Source: Eledone cirrhosa (Eukaryota). From it: a stretch of DNA of 64,000 bases. This document shows, piece after piece, positions 33,312 to 44,499 of this stretch; position 1 is the first letter of the stretch; every line of letters begins with the position of its first letter. The notes under the pieces were generated by a model. The model made no database searches, was not told the origin of the DNA, and saw only the letters and a program-made list of their open reading frames with translations. The DNA is taken from NCBI GenBank assembly GCA_964016885.1, contig OZ024750.1, positions 47,926,001 through 47,990,000 on the forward strand, read 5' to 3'. A program made the position numbers and the translations under genes.

Positions 33312-33401
<90 letters not shown>
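31051..33401. repeat. (TA)n/(TATG)/(GTAC) compound microsatellite interrupted by a LINE 3' end
   Basis: Direct reading. Confidence 0.95.
31487..31674 (-). mobile_element. 3'-terminal ~188 bp of the CR1-group LINE at 44500-47340
   Basis: Encodes [32 protein letters not shown] with the same 3' UTR and tail; no differences noticed from 47149-47335. Confidence 0.95.
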
Positions 33402-33403
<2 letters not shown>

Positions 33404-35133
33404 AAGAATGAATAATAACAGGTAGACATCATAAAAAGGTACTTTATTCCGTGTGCTTACAAGTGTTTCCACGGTCGTACTGCAGCCTAGTTCCGCTACG
33501 TGCAAATTCACAAGTATTTGCAGAACTCGAATATCCAATGCTGTGACCACTGTTTCCTCAGAGCAGAATGGTAAATATACAATGTAAAAACCCTTAAGTG
33601 GGGTTGTTGGGGAAGATAGAGTGGAACAGGAAGAGAGAAAAGTAGGGAAGATGGAGAGAGAAGGAAAGATATGCAGGGGTTGGAGAAGTAGGAGAGAGTG
33701 GCTTGTAGATATCATAATCAAAATGTTATGGTAGGGGTTTTATTAGTTACTTTTGGAGAGATGCGTAGATAGTTGAGGTCGGAATTATTTATTGCCCCAG
33801 AGGTCAAGTTCATAGATGTTGAGAGGGAGGTAGGTCAAAGGTGAGAGAGAGAGAGTGTAATGGATGTAGAGTGAGATATATAGGTAGAGAGGGGACAGAT
33901 AAAGTATATGTGGTGAGTGAACTTTTGGTTTTGTAGTAGTAATCTAGGAATTGTACTGAGTTACCATGTATAGTGATAAGCAGTGTATTGTCTTGTAGTG
34001 TGGGGGAGAAGAGAAGGTTGTTAGCTAGAAAGTGGTGTTGTAGTTACGGGTTCGAATGTTAAGTTATTTTATAGTGAGAGAATTTAGCTTTTAGTTTGTG
34101 GTTGCAGTATAATGATCGTTCAATTCTATCGTTAAGTAGTTTGTTTTTGGATTTTAGTATGTAAAATAGCTCAAGGTTACATAACCTGCAGTACTTCAAA
34201 CCACTCCGATACTAAAATACTAAAATACTAAAATACTAAAATCCAAAAACAAATTACTTAACGATAGAATTGAACGATCATTATACTGCAACCACAAACT
34301 AAAAGCTAAATTCTCTCACTATAAAATAACTTAACATTCGAACCCGAAACTACAACACCACTTTCTAGCTAACAACCTTCTCTTCTCCCCCACACTACAA
34401 GACAATACACTGCTTATCACTATACATGGTAACTCAGTACAATTCCTAGATTACTACTACAAAACCAAAAGTTCACTCACCACATATACTTTATCTGTCC
34501 CCTCTCTACCTATATATCTCTCTCTACATCCATTACACTCTCTCTCTCTCACCTTTGACCTACCTCCCTCTCAGCATCTATGAACTTGACCTCTGGGGCA
34601 ATAAATAATTCCGACCTCAACTATCTACGCATCTCTCCAAAAGTAACTAATAAAACCCCTACCATAACATTTTGATTATGATATCTACAAGCCACTCTCT
34701 CCTACTTCTCCAACCCCTGCATATCTTTCCTTCTCTCTCCATCTTCCCTACTTTTCTCTCTTCCTGTTCCACTCTATCTTCCCCAACAACCCACTTAAGG
34801 GTTTTTACATTGTATATTTACCATTCTGCTCTGAGGAAACAGTGGTCACAGCATTGGATATTCGAGTTCTGCAAATACTTGTGAATTTGCACGTAGCGGA
34901 ACTAGGCTGCAGTACCACCGTGGAAACACTTGTAAGCACACGGAATAAACTACCATTTTATGATGTCTACCTGTTATTATTCATTCTTTATATACACTCC
35001 GGAATACTGAAGGATCAGGAACTAAGTTTCTTGAACAATTCTTCCATAACTCGTAGAGTAACCTCTTACCGTACGTCAACCATATCCAGTGTAGTAATTA
35101 ACCATCACTGCATCTTGGATAATCCTATACCTA
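33402..35133. mobile_element. 5'-truncated Naiad-like PLE in inverted configuration: ~760-bp arms (33402-34160 / 34233-34991) plus tail
   Basis: Near-perfect inverted repeat; minus strand 34208-34062 reads SGLKYCRLCNLELFYILKSKNKLLNDRIERSLYCNHKLKAKFSHYKIT*; HHR plus AATAAA in each arm. Confidence 0.9.
34827..34938 (+). ncRNA. Type I hammerhead ribozyme with ~85-nt extended stem II
   Basis: TGCT-CTGAGGA-[GTGGT/ACCAC, CAGC/GCTG, AGTTC/GAACT, TGCAAAT/ATTTGCA]-GAAA-CACTTG-TA-AGCA, AATAAA at 34944; mirror copy ~33453-33564 (-). Confidence 0.8.
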
Positions 35134-35175
<42 letters not shown>

Positions 35176-35250
35176 GTACATATATATGTATATATATGTA
35201 TATATATATATGTACATATATATGTATATACATGTACACATATCTGTATA

Positions 35251-35289
<39 letters not shown>

Positions 35290-35324
35290 TAAAAGTTTAC
35301 ATATATATATACATACACATACAT

Positions 35325-36230
35325 ATACGTGTTTTGCAACTGGTAACTTTTTGGCTCAATGAAAAATTAATAAATTAAACAATCAGAGCTATATACCATA
35401 AAATATGTCTATAGAATCACAAGATAAAATATATACTATTTCCTCTCCCAATTAGCATAATGATCTATATAAAAAATCGAATAGACCAGGCTATACGAAT
35501 GAGGCTTCTATGAAGGAATCTCCAACAAATAACCAAAACTAGCGCTTCGCGTCGGCCGTATTGGAATATTTATCGAATATTTCGACAGCGTAATCACCTA
35601 GATACAGTCAACTAAGTAGAATTAGGTTTAAAATAAACTAGGAGGAAATAGAATACACTTACATACCTCTACCATGGTTTGGTCCGTGTTTTGAGTTATG
35701 CAATAATTATGTAATAATTATATTAACTCGAGCGCCAGATTATTCAGGAAGCTCGCTCGTATCTAGACATTAAATTTTCCAAAACGATCTCGCCAAGAAT
35801 TCATTTCAAAATGGCTAAAAATCGTGACGTAGTCGCGGTCAAGTTGGAAGAGGTGTGGTAGTTGCTTACGACTGATGGCATTTTTGCTAGAAAGCACAGC
35901 ACAATACAGCCAAATTTGTGTCTCAACCTAGTGGGAGATTATTACATATAAAAGTTTATATATCATAGGAGCTATATATCATAAAACATGTCTATAGAAT
36001 CACAAGATAAATATATACTATTTCCTCCCCCAATTAGCATAATTAACTATATAAAATGTCTAGATATGAGCGAGCTTCCTGAAGAATCCGGCGCTCGAGT
36101 TTATATAATTATTACATAATTATTGGATAACTCAAAACACGGACGAAACCATGGTAGAGGTATTTAATTGTATTCTATTTTCTCCTAGTTTATTTTAAAC
36201 CTAATTCTGCTTAGTTGACTGTATGTAGGC
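35325..36230. mobile_element. Retrozyme-like non-coding unit (minus strand, terminally redundant, 35325-36055) plus inverted duplicate of its HHR segment (36055-36230)
   Basis: Direct repeat ~35385-35470 / 35968-36055; 35598-35771 mirrored at 36055-36230; diverged homologue of 36442-37292. Confidence 0.75.
36075..36160 (+). ncRNA. Type I hammerhead ribozyme
   Basis: CTTC-CTGAAGA-[TCCG/CGGA, GAGTT/AACTC]-GAAA-CCATGG-TA-GAGG; mirror copy 35666-35751 has a mutated core (CTGAATA, CAAA). Confidence 0.8.
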
Positions 36231-36441
36231 GATATTTATATATATATATACAATCTTGAGGCTGTGAGTTCGGTTGCTGGACCGGGCGATACGTTATGTC
36301 ATTGAGCAAGACACGTTGCTACTTCTACCTGGAGTTGCGACCGATATATAGTATTAGCAATTGGAAAGACCAACGGAAACATTGTTTCCTTGGTTCGATT
36401 TGACGAAATTCGATTGATCCTTTATATATATATACTATATA

Positions 36442-37292
36442 CGAACTAGCTGCGGTCAGTTATTTGTCGGAGATTTCCCCGTTAGAAAATTTATTCTTAA
36501 AGCTTGCTAGATTTGATTATGTATATGGTTGATTATGCTGATTAGAAGAAGAAATAGTATATATTTTAATATCTGATTAATTCTATCGACATGAGTTATG
36601 ATATAATGCTCTGATTTTTTGATTTTAATTTATTAATTCTTCATTGAGCTTAAAAGTGAACAGTTGCAACACATATATGTATCCTTGATTTAATTTAATT
36701 TAATTTTATGTATGTGATAACCTCTACATTTAATAATCTCCCTTTCGGTTGAGATTAAATTTGGCGATATATGGCTGCGCTTTCTAGCAGCATGCCTACC
36801 CGCCGTAAGCAACCAATCACAACGCTTTCTCTCTGGCTGGTACACAGCTACATAGCGATCTTAGCCATTTTGAATCTAAATTTGGCGCGGTCTGTCTGAG
36901 AAATTAAATGTCTATTTCTGAGTTTGTCTCCTGAAGATTCCTGACTCAAAGCATATCCATATTATTTGGATGTCCTAAACTAGGAAGAAACAATGGTAGA
37001 GATATAATTACGGTATGTGCGCATTTCTTCTAAGTTTAATTTTACTATTAATTACGTGCGGTTGACGGTGTATTTGATCTGATTCTGCATGCTGCCGAAG
37101 TGTTTGATAAATGGTGAACGGAGTTAACGCGAACTAGCTGCGGTCAGTTATTTGTCGGAGATTTCCCCGTTAGAAAATTCATTCTTAAAGCTTGCTAGAT
37201 TTGATTATGTATATGGTTGATTATGCTGATTAGAAGAAGAAATAGTATATATTTGAATATCTGATTAATTCTATAGACATGAGTTATGATAT
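36442..37292 (+). mobile_element. Retrozyme-like 688-nt non-coding unit with 163-nt terminal redundancy
   Basis: 36442-36604 repeated at 37130-37292 (about 3 mismatches); single internal HHR; (TA)n flanks; no ORF. Confidence 0.8.
36925..37004 (+). ncRNA. Type I hammerhead ribozyme
   Basis: TGTCTC-CTGAAGA-TTCCT..ATATCCA/TGGATGT..AGGAA-GAAA-CAATGG-TA-GAGATA. Confidence 0.8.
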
Positions 37293-37527
37293 ATATTTAT
37301 ATATATATATTAAAATAACAGATTAAAGTTTAAGCAAATAATCGCTGCTTTTACCCTTAACGGCATCTTCTTAAATTAACAAAGACAACTAACAAAGTCA
37401 ATATATATATGTACATGTATATATATATATATATATATATACGATATATGATGAAGGCATACCATAGTGTAACTTGGTATCCTTGAAATATTTGCTTGTT
37501 GTATCCCAACAAGTTAAATAAAACTTT

Positions 37528-37702
<175 letters not shown>

Positions 37703-37725
37703 ATATATATATATATATATACATG

Positions 37726-37758
<33 letters not shown>

Positions 37759-37841
37759 ATATGTATGTATATATATCTATATATATACATACATATATAT
37801 ATATATATATATGTGTGTGTGTATATGTATGTATATATATC

Positions 37842-37886
<45 letters not shown>

Positions 37887-37905
37887 ATATGTATGTATAT
37901 ATATC

Positions 37906-38004
<99 letters not shown>

Positions 38005-38035
38005 ATATATATTATATGTATATATATATGTATAT

Positions 38036-38540
38036 TGTGCCACAGCTTGAGATCGGTGTGGAAGTCGGATCTTCGTAAAGACCTGAAAGTCCGCCTATTC
38101 ATTGCTGTAGTGGAGTCTGTGCTGCTGTACCAGTCTGAGACTTGGACACTGACCAAAAAACTCACTCAGATGGTGGATGGATGCTACACGAGAATGCTGA
38201 GGATGGCTCTGAACATTAATCAGTATACTCTGAGGATGAAAAACTCATAGATGTATGGGAGCCTCCCAAAGATCAGCTCAAAAGTGACAGACAGGAGACT
38301 GAGGTTCGTTGGACATGCTCACCGATATCCAGAGTTAACATTGCACTCAGTGCTCCTCTGGGAGCCCCTACATCGAGACACTGGAAGAGGAAGACCAATG
38401 TTAACGTATGTAGATGCCCTAAGGACAGACAATGGTCTGTTGGAGACGCAGCACGTGGCAGCGATAATGAGGGACAGAGATCGCTGGATAGAACCCGTCC
38501 ATGGATCTCGGATATCTTACTCACCCTAGATAGATAGATG
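38036..38540 (+). mobile_element. 3' fragment of RTE/RTE-X LINE
   Basis: [79 protein letters not shown]; (TAGA)n tail. Confidence 0.88.
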
Positions 38541-38547
38541 GATATTT

Positions 38548-38597
<50 letters not shown>

Positions 38598-39016
38598 TAT
38601 AATGTGTGTGTGTGTATATATGTGTGTGTGTGTGTATATATATATGTGTGTGTGTGTATATATATATATATGTGTGTGTATATATATATATGTGTGTGTG
38701 TGTATATATATATATATGTGTGTATGTATGTATGTATATATGTATATATATATATATATATATAAATGAAAGGTATAGAAAGTAATGTAGCAAGAAGCCA
38801 ACAGTATTCCATAATATATAAGTGACTATAGCATCAAAATGGGAAAATAGATAACGTAAGATGTGGGAAAAATAATTCAAACTCAATTCAAAAAGAATCA
38901 GGATATGGGTTTATCCAAGAGAATTTAGTAAAATCCAGGGAAAACTCAATAGAGCCTTAACGCATGATAAAATAATGTTTAAAATACTAATCCTTCAATT
39001 TGGGACAACTACAAAT

Positions 39017-39099
39017 GCTCTGTATAGTCTTGAAAAATACTATTTCACGTAAATATTCAGTGGAGATGGTCACGGTTGGAATACGATCCTCAGCAGAGC
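39017..39099 (-). ncRNA. Type I hammerhead ribozyme with long stem III (copy 1)
   Basis: Minus: GCTCTG-CTGAGGA-T CGTA..TACG T-GAAA-TAGTATT TTTC AAGACTA-TA-CAGAGC. Confidence 0.85.
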
Positions 39100-39653
39100 T
39101 CAACGCGATAGCCAGATTCTCATTGATTAATATGCCAAAAAGGGAATTTAAAAGCAGGCTACTTTAACATCATGCGTGATTATGAAAATAAAACGCACAT
39201 GTGGAAAAACGGGGCTGGTGACGTCAGAATGTGTCGAATGATTGATTACTTGAAACAACAGTCAAAAACATTCCGAAAAAAACTCTACAATAAGGAGTTC
39301 AGAAAAAAGCAATATTTATCGCGGTTTTTTTTTGAAAAATACCGGGTTTAGTAACAAATAATTTAAGCACACTAGGAATGAAATCCGAGTATAAATATAT
39401 AAATGAAAGGTATAGAAAATATTGTAGCAAGAAGGCAACAGTATTCCATAATATATAATTGACTTTAGCGTCAAAATGGGAAAATAGATAAGGTAAGATG
39501 TGTGAAAAATAATTCATACTCAATTCAAAAAGAATTAGGATATGGATTTATCCCACATAATTTAGTGAAATCCAGGGAAAACTCAGTAGAGCCTTAACTC
39601 ATCATAAAATAAAGTTTAAAATACTCATCCTTCAATTTAGGACAACTACAAAT

Positions 39654-39736
39654 GTTCTGTATAGTCTTGAAAAAGACTATTTCACGTAAACATTCAGTGG
39701 AGATGGTCACGGTTGGAATACGATCCTCAGCAGAGC
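39654..39736 (-). ncRNA. Type I hammerhead ribozyme with long stem III (copy 2)
   Basis: Minus: GCTCTG-CTGAGGA-..-GAAA-TAGTCTT TTTC AAGACTA-TA-CAGAAC; perfect 7-bp stem III. Confidence 0.85.
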
Positions 39737-40206
39737 TCAACGTGATAGCCAGATTCTCATTGATTAATATGCCAAAAAGGGAATTTAAAAGCAGGCTACT
39801 TTAACATCATGCGTGATTATGAAAATAAAACGCACATGTGGAAAAACGGGGCTGGTGACGTCAGAATGTGTCGAATGATTGTTTACATGAAACAAGATTC
39901 AAAAACATTCCGAAAAAAACTCTACAATAAGGAGTTTGGCAAAGAGCAACATTATCACGGTTTTTTTTTTGAAAGATACCGGGTTTAGTAACAAATAATT
40001 TAAGCACTCTAGGAATGAAATCCTAGTATAAATATATATAAATGAAAGGTATGGAAAATATTGTAGCAAGAAGGCAACAGTATTCCATAATATATAAGTG
40101 ACTATAGCGTCAAAATGGGAAACTAGTTAACCTAAGATGTGGGAAAAATAATTCAAACTCAATTCAAAAAGAATCAGGATATAGATTTAACCAACAATAT
40201 ATATTT

Positions 40207-40259
<53 letters not shown>

Positions 40260-40313
40260 GCACATACACACACACACACACACATATATATAAATAAATA
40301 TATATATATATAT

Positions 40314-41971
40314 TGTTATACTTTGGGAGGGTGACGTTGCCAATAAGAAACAGACGCACCAGTTGCTTTCACTTCAATTTATTATATATTTATAAATTTA
40401 TAAATCTACAAATCTACAAATTTATAAATTTCTGGTTGGTTGGTTGGTTCCACAACCAGATAGTTGTTTATATATATATAGTCATAGTCCTTTCGTCACA
40501 CACTCTGTGACCTCTTCAGTGACTGGGGATTCCTTTCTTTGTTTCTGTGCCTTTCCTTTCTTCTGTCCTACGCCATTTTGTTTCTGTGTGTGTGTTGTGT
40601 GCTCAGTTTGCGCATGCGCCACATCCGGGTGTCTGTGTGTGTGTGTGTTCATTTATCTATTTGTTTATTTATTTACATGTTATTGGTTGGTTGTTTGTTC
40701 TATGTGTGTGTGTGTTTTCATTTTATCCTTAATTGTAAGTTGACAAGTTGATGTTCCACTCATATTTTCTATTTAACTTTGGTTGTAATTCTTTTATGTT
40801 TATTGCCTCTGTAATTTGTCTAAACAATGCATCTTTTCTGTGTGTAGATTCTAGTTTTATTTCTATGTTCTCTAATTTACCCTTGTGTTCTATCTTAGCA
40901 TGTTGGTAGAGTACAGATGATTCTTTATTATCTTGAAGGTCTCACCAGTGTAATGTTCAATGTTCAATGTTCATCGATTCAACCCCTAGAGGCGAACTAG
41001 CCTACAAATTTAGAAGGGCCCTAAATAAACATAAACTCAATATTAAGATAATAGAAAGACCAGGTACCTCCGTAAAAACACTTATTAGCAAGACATACCC
41101 GTTCCGAAGACCCTCATGTATAGATAAGAAATGTATAACCTGTAAAATAAGCCCCCATATTAACTGTAAAACTAGAAATGTAGTGTATAGCATAAGATGT
41201 ACTGAAGGACAATGTATAAACAAAATATAGTGTACATAGGTGAGACAGCTCATAGTATAGGGGAACGGATAAATGAACACTGGCGAGACCTTCAAGATAA
41301 TAAAGAATCATCTGTACTCTACCAACATGCTAAGATAGAACACAAGGGTAAATTAGAGAACATAGAAATAAAAATAGAATCTACACACAGAAAAGATGCA
41401 ATGTTTAGACAAATTACAGAGGCAATAAACATAAAAGAATTACAACCAAAATTAAATAGAAAATATGAGTGGAACAGCAACATCACAACTTACAATTAAG
41501 GACAAAATGAAAACACACACACACATAGAACAAACAACCAACCAATAACATGTAAATAAATAAAAAAATAGATAAATGAACACAAACACACACAGACACC
41601 CGGATGTGGCGCATGCGCAAACTGAGCACACAACACACACACAGAAACAAAATGGCGTAGGACAGACGAAAGGAAAGGCACAGAAACAAAGAAAGGAATC
41701 CCCAGTCACTGAAGAGGTCACAGAGTGTGTGACGAAAGTACTATGACTATATATAAACAACTATCTGGTTGTGGAAGCAACCAACCTACCAGAAATTTAT
41801 AAATTTGTAGATTTGTTGATTTATAAATTTATAAATATATAATAAATTGAAGTGAAAGCAACTGGTGCGTGTGTTTCTTATTGGCAACATGACCCTCCCA
41901 AAGTATAACATTATCGGTTTCAACACACGATTTCAGATAAAGAATCTTGCAAAAACAAATTCAGAAACGAA

Positions 41972-41975
<4 letters not shown>
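40314..41975 (+). mobile_element. 5'-truncated Nematis-like PLE with inverted pseudo-LTR (left arm 40314-40950 mirrors 41278-41910) and tail
   Basis: MFIDSTPRGEL..KIIERPGTSVK..PF..C....C..C..C..RNVVYSIRC / IVYIGETAHSIGERINEH..SVLYQH....H..RQITEAINI..LNRKYEW at 40967-41499 (one frameshift near 41220). Confidence 0.9.
41704..41748 (+). ncRNA. Minimal type I hammerhead ribozyme
   Basis: AGTCA-CTGAAGA-G GTCAC agagtgt GTGAC-GAAA-GTAC-TA-TGACT; mirror copy 40480-40524 (-). Confidence 0.87.
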
Positions 41976-42052
<77 letters not shown>

Positions 42053-42057
42053 CGTAT

Positions 42058-42099
<42 letters not shown>

Positions 42100-42573
42100 G
42101 CGTATATATATATATTTATATATAAATTAATAGTTGATGAACATTTACATGTTATACTTACAATTGACTAATAAGATCGCTAGAGTGAAAACTCTTAATT
42201 CAACAACATAAGATCTGCCTGTACGATCTAGAAAATAATAAGTCAATACTCACAGACTCATATGGGCAAAAAGCCTTGGTACCTAGACACGTTTAAAATT
42301 CATATACAAACTTTTTCCGCAGATCGGTCAGAACTTCAAACTTCAAACATGTTTCACAAAGGATGGTATAATAGTAAAATAATTAACTAATTAGCAGTGA
42401 GTTAATCAACTTTTTCTGTGTTTATCAATAGGCACCCAGATAAAAATAAAATAACTCAACCTTAGAAAAATATCTAAGGTCTGGTTAGCGTAGCGAAAAT
42501 ACACGAGGTTTTGCACACGGCTTATCCCAGTCCTCTATTTATATATATATATTTATATATATATATATATATG

Positions 42574-42643
<70 letters not shown>

Positions 42644-42843
42644 TAATTTAATATATCAACTAACATAAGCGCACAGATACACGCCCAGGCTAGCAAATAC
42701 ACAGGTTATGTCATAGTACCTAGGTGGTTCAATGCAGAAGAATGCATAACAATAATATAAAGGACGTAAAATAAGAAAATATTTTTTTTTTTTAAATTTA
42801 AAAATTTTTTCTTTTTTTTTTTTTTTTATTTACTTAAATTTTC

Positions 42844-42925
42844 ACTCCAACTAATTAGTTTCTGCAATGGGATAAAGACAGTTACGTAATCCAACTGTCG
42901 AGAATTCATTGCGTCATCAGGGAGT
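42844..42925 (-). ncRNA. Type I hammerhead ribozyme in a solo non-coding insertion (~42642-43105)
   Basis: Minus: ACTCC-CTGATGA-C GCAATG..GACAGTT/AACTGTC..CATTGC A-GAAA-CTAATTAG-TT-GGAGT, then AATAAA. Confidence 0.83.
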
Positions 42926-43291
42926 CTATTCTCAGTTAAGTCTCCAGGCAATGCGCGGACACTGGCGGCTCATATAAAAATAATAATATTTCGGTAGATC
43001 GAACAGCTTGCGAGGACTGGATTCTATGTACCGAAATTCTCACTGCTTCAAGTCAAATGGCCGATTCTAAAGAATCAATCACGTGACACAGAGGCTAGTT
43101 AGAATATTATATATATATATATGTATATAGTATTAGTTATACTATTTATGGTTATGTAAACACAAAACCTTAAGCAGTTGTAAGTATTTTACACACACTC
43201 TAAATAGTGGTAGGCAGTAATGTATTACTACCTTATTACCAGTAAGTTAAGTAGCTCAATGTAAAAACATCAGATGATTTACAGAGCAGTT

Positions 43292-43402
43292 ATATGAAAT
43301 ATAAGAATCAAAGAACTGTTCAAAACATTATTGTGCTAATGTTTTGAACAGTTCTTTGATTCTTATATTTCATATATTTCATATATTTCATATATTTCAT
43401 AT
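43292..43402. repeat. Hairpin (~39-bp arms) followed by ATATTTCAT stutter repeats
   Basis: atatgaaatataagaatcaaagaactgttcaaaacatta mirrored by taatgttttgaacagttctttgattcttatatttcatat. Confidence 0.85.
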
Positions 43403-43417
43403 ATGTATATATATATA

Positions 43418-43541
43418 TTTCGTTTCTGAATTTGTTTAGCAAGATTCTTTATCTGAAATCGTGTGTTGAAACCGATATTGTTATACTTTGGGAGGGTCAT
43501 GTTGCCAATAAGCAACATGACCCTCCCAAAGTATAACAATA
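43418..43541 (-). repeat. Minimal tail plus ~30-bp-arm palindrome of the same pseudo-LTR end as 41880-41975
   Basis: Reverse complement of 41877-41973, then fold-back gcaacatgaccctcccaaagtataacaa. Confidence 0.88.
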
Positions 43542-43681
43542 TATATATATATATATGTATGTATATATATATATGTATATATATATGTATATATATGTAT
43601 GTATATATATATATGTATATATATATGTATATATATGTATGTATATATATATATGTATATATATATGTATATATATATATG

Positions 43682-43734
<53 letters not shown>

Positions 43735-43735
43735 G

Positions 43736-43777
<42 letters not shown>

Positions 43778-43959
43778 TATGTATGTATATATATATGTAT
43801 GTATATATATATGTATGTATATATATATATATATGTGGTATATGTATATGTATGTATGTGGTATATGTATATGTATGTATGTGGTATATGTATATATATG
43901 TATGTATGTGGTATATGTATATATATGTATGTATGTATGTATATATATATGTATGTATG

Positions 43960-43990
<31 letters not shown>

Positions 43991-44125
43991 GTATGTATAT
44001 ATATATATATATGTATGTATATATATATATATATGTATGTATATGTATATATATATATATATGTATGTATATGTATATATATATATATATGTATGTATAT
44101 GTATATATATATATATATATGTATC

Positions 44126-44164
<39 letters not shown>

Positions 44165-44227
44165 ATGTATATATATATATATATATGTATGTATATGTAT
44201 ATATATATATATATATGTATGTATATG

Positions 44228-44258
<31 letters not shown>

Positions 44259-44331
44259 ATGTATGTTTATGTATATGTATGTTTATGTATATGTATGTTT
44301 ATATATATGTATGTATATATATATATATATG

Positions 44332-44384
<53 letters not shown>

Positions 44385-44385
44385 G

Positions 44386-44444
<59 letters not shown>

Positions 44445-44475
44445 GTATACACATATATATATATGTGTATGTATA
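43542..44475. repeat. (TA)n/(TATG)n microsatellite
   Basis: Direct reading. Confidence 0.95.
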
Positions 44476-44499
44476 TAACTGCCATTTATGTCCATAATG

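Larger units (their letters stand above)
38763..40192 (-). mobile_element. Tandem array of ~2.25 copies of a 637-nt non-coding unit with one hammerhead per unit (retrozyme-like)
   Basis: Unit starts taaatgaaaggtat at 38763, 39400, 40039; copies similar but with scattered substitutions; (TA)n flanks. Confidence 0.88.

Noticed and set aside
33402-34991. Long inverted repeats as fold-back assembly chimeras
   Set aside because: Arms differ by substitutions and indels, have family-specific tails, and recur with the same boundaries at independent loci; raw-read confirmation is still advisable.
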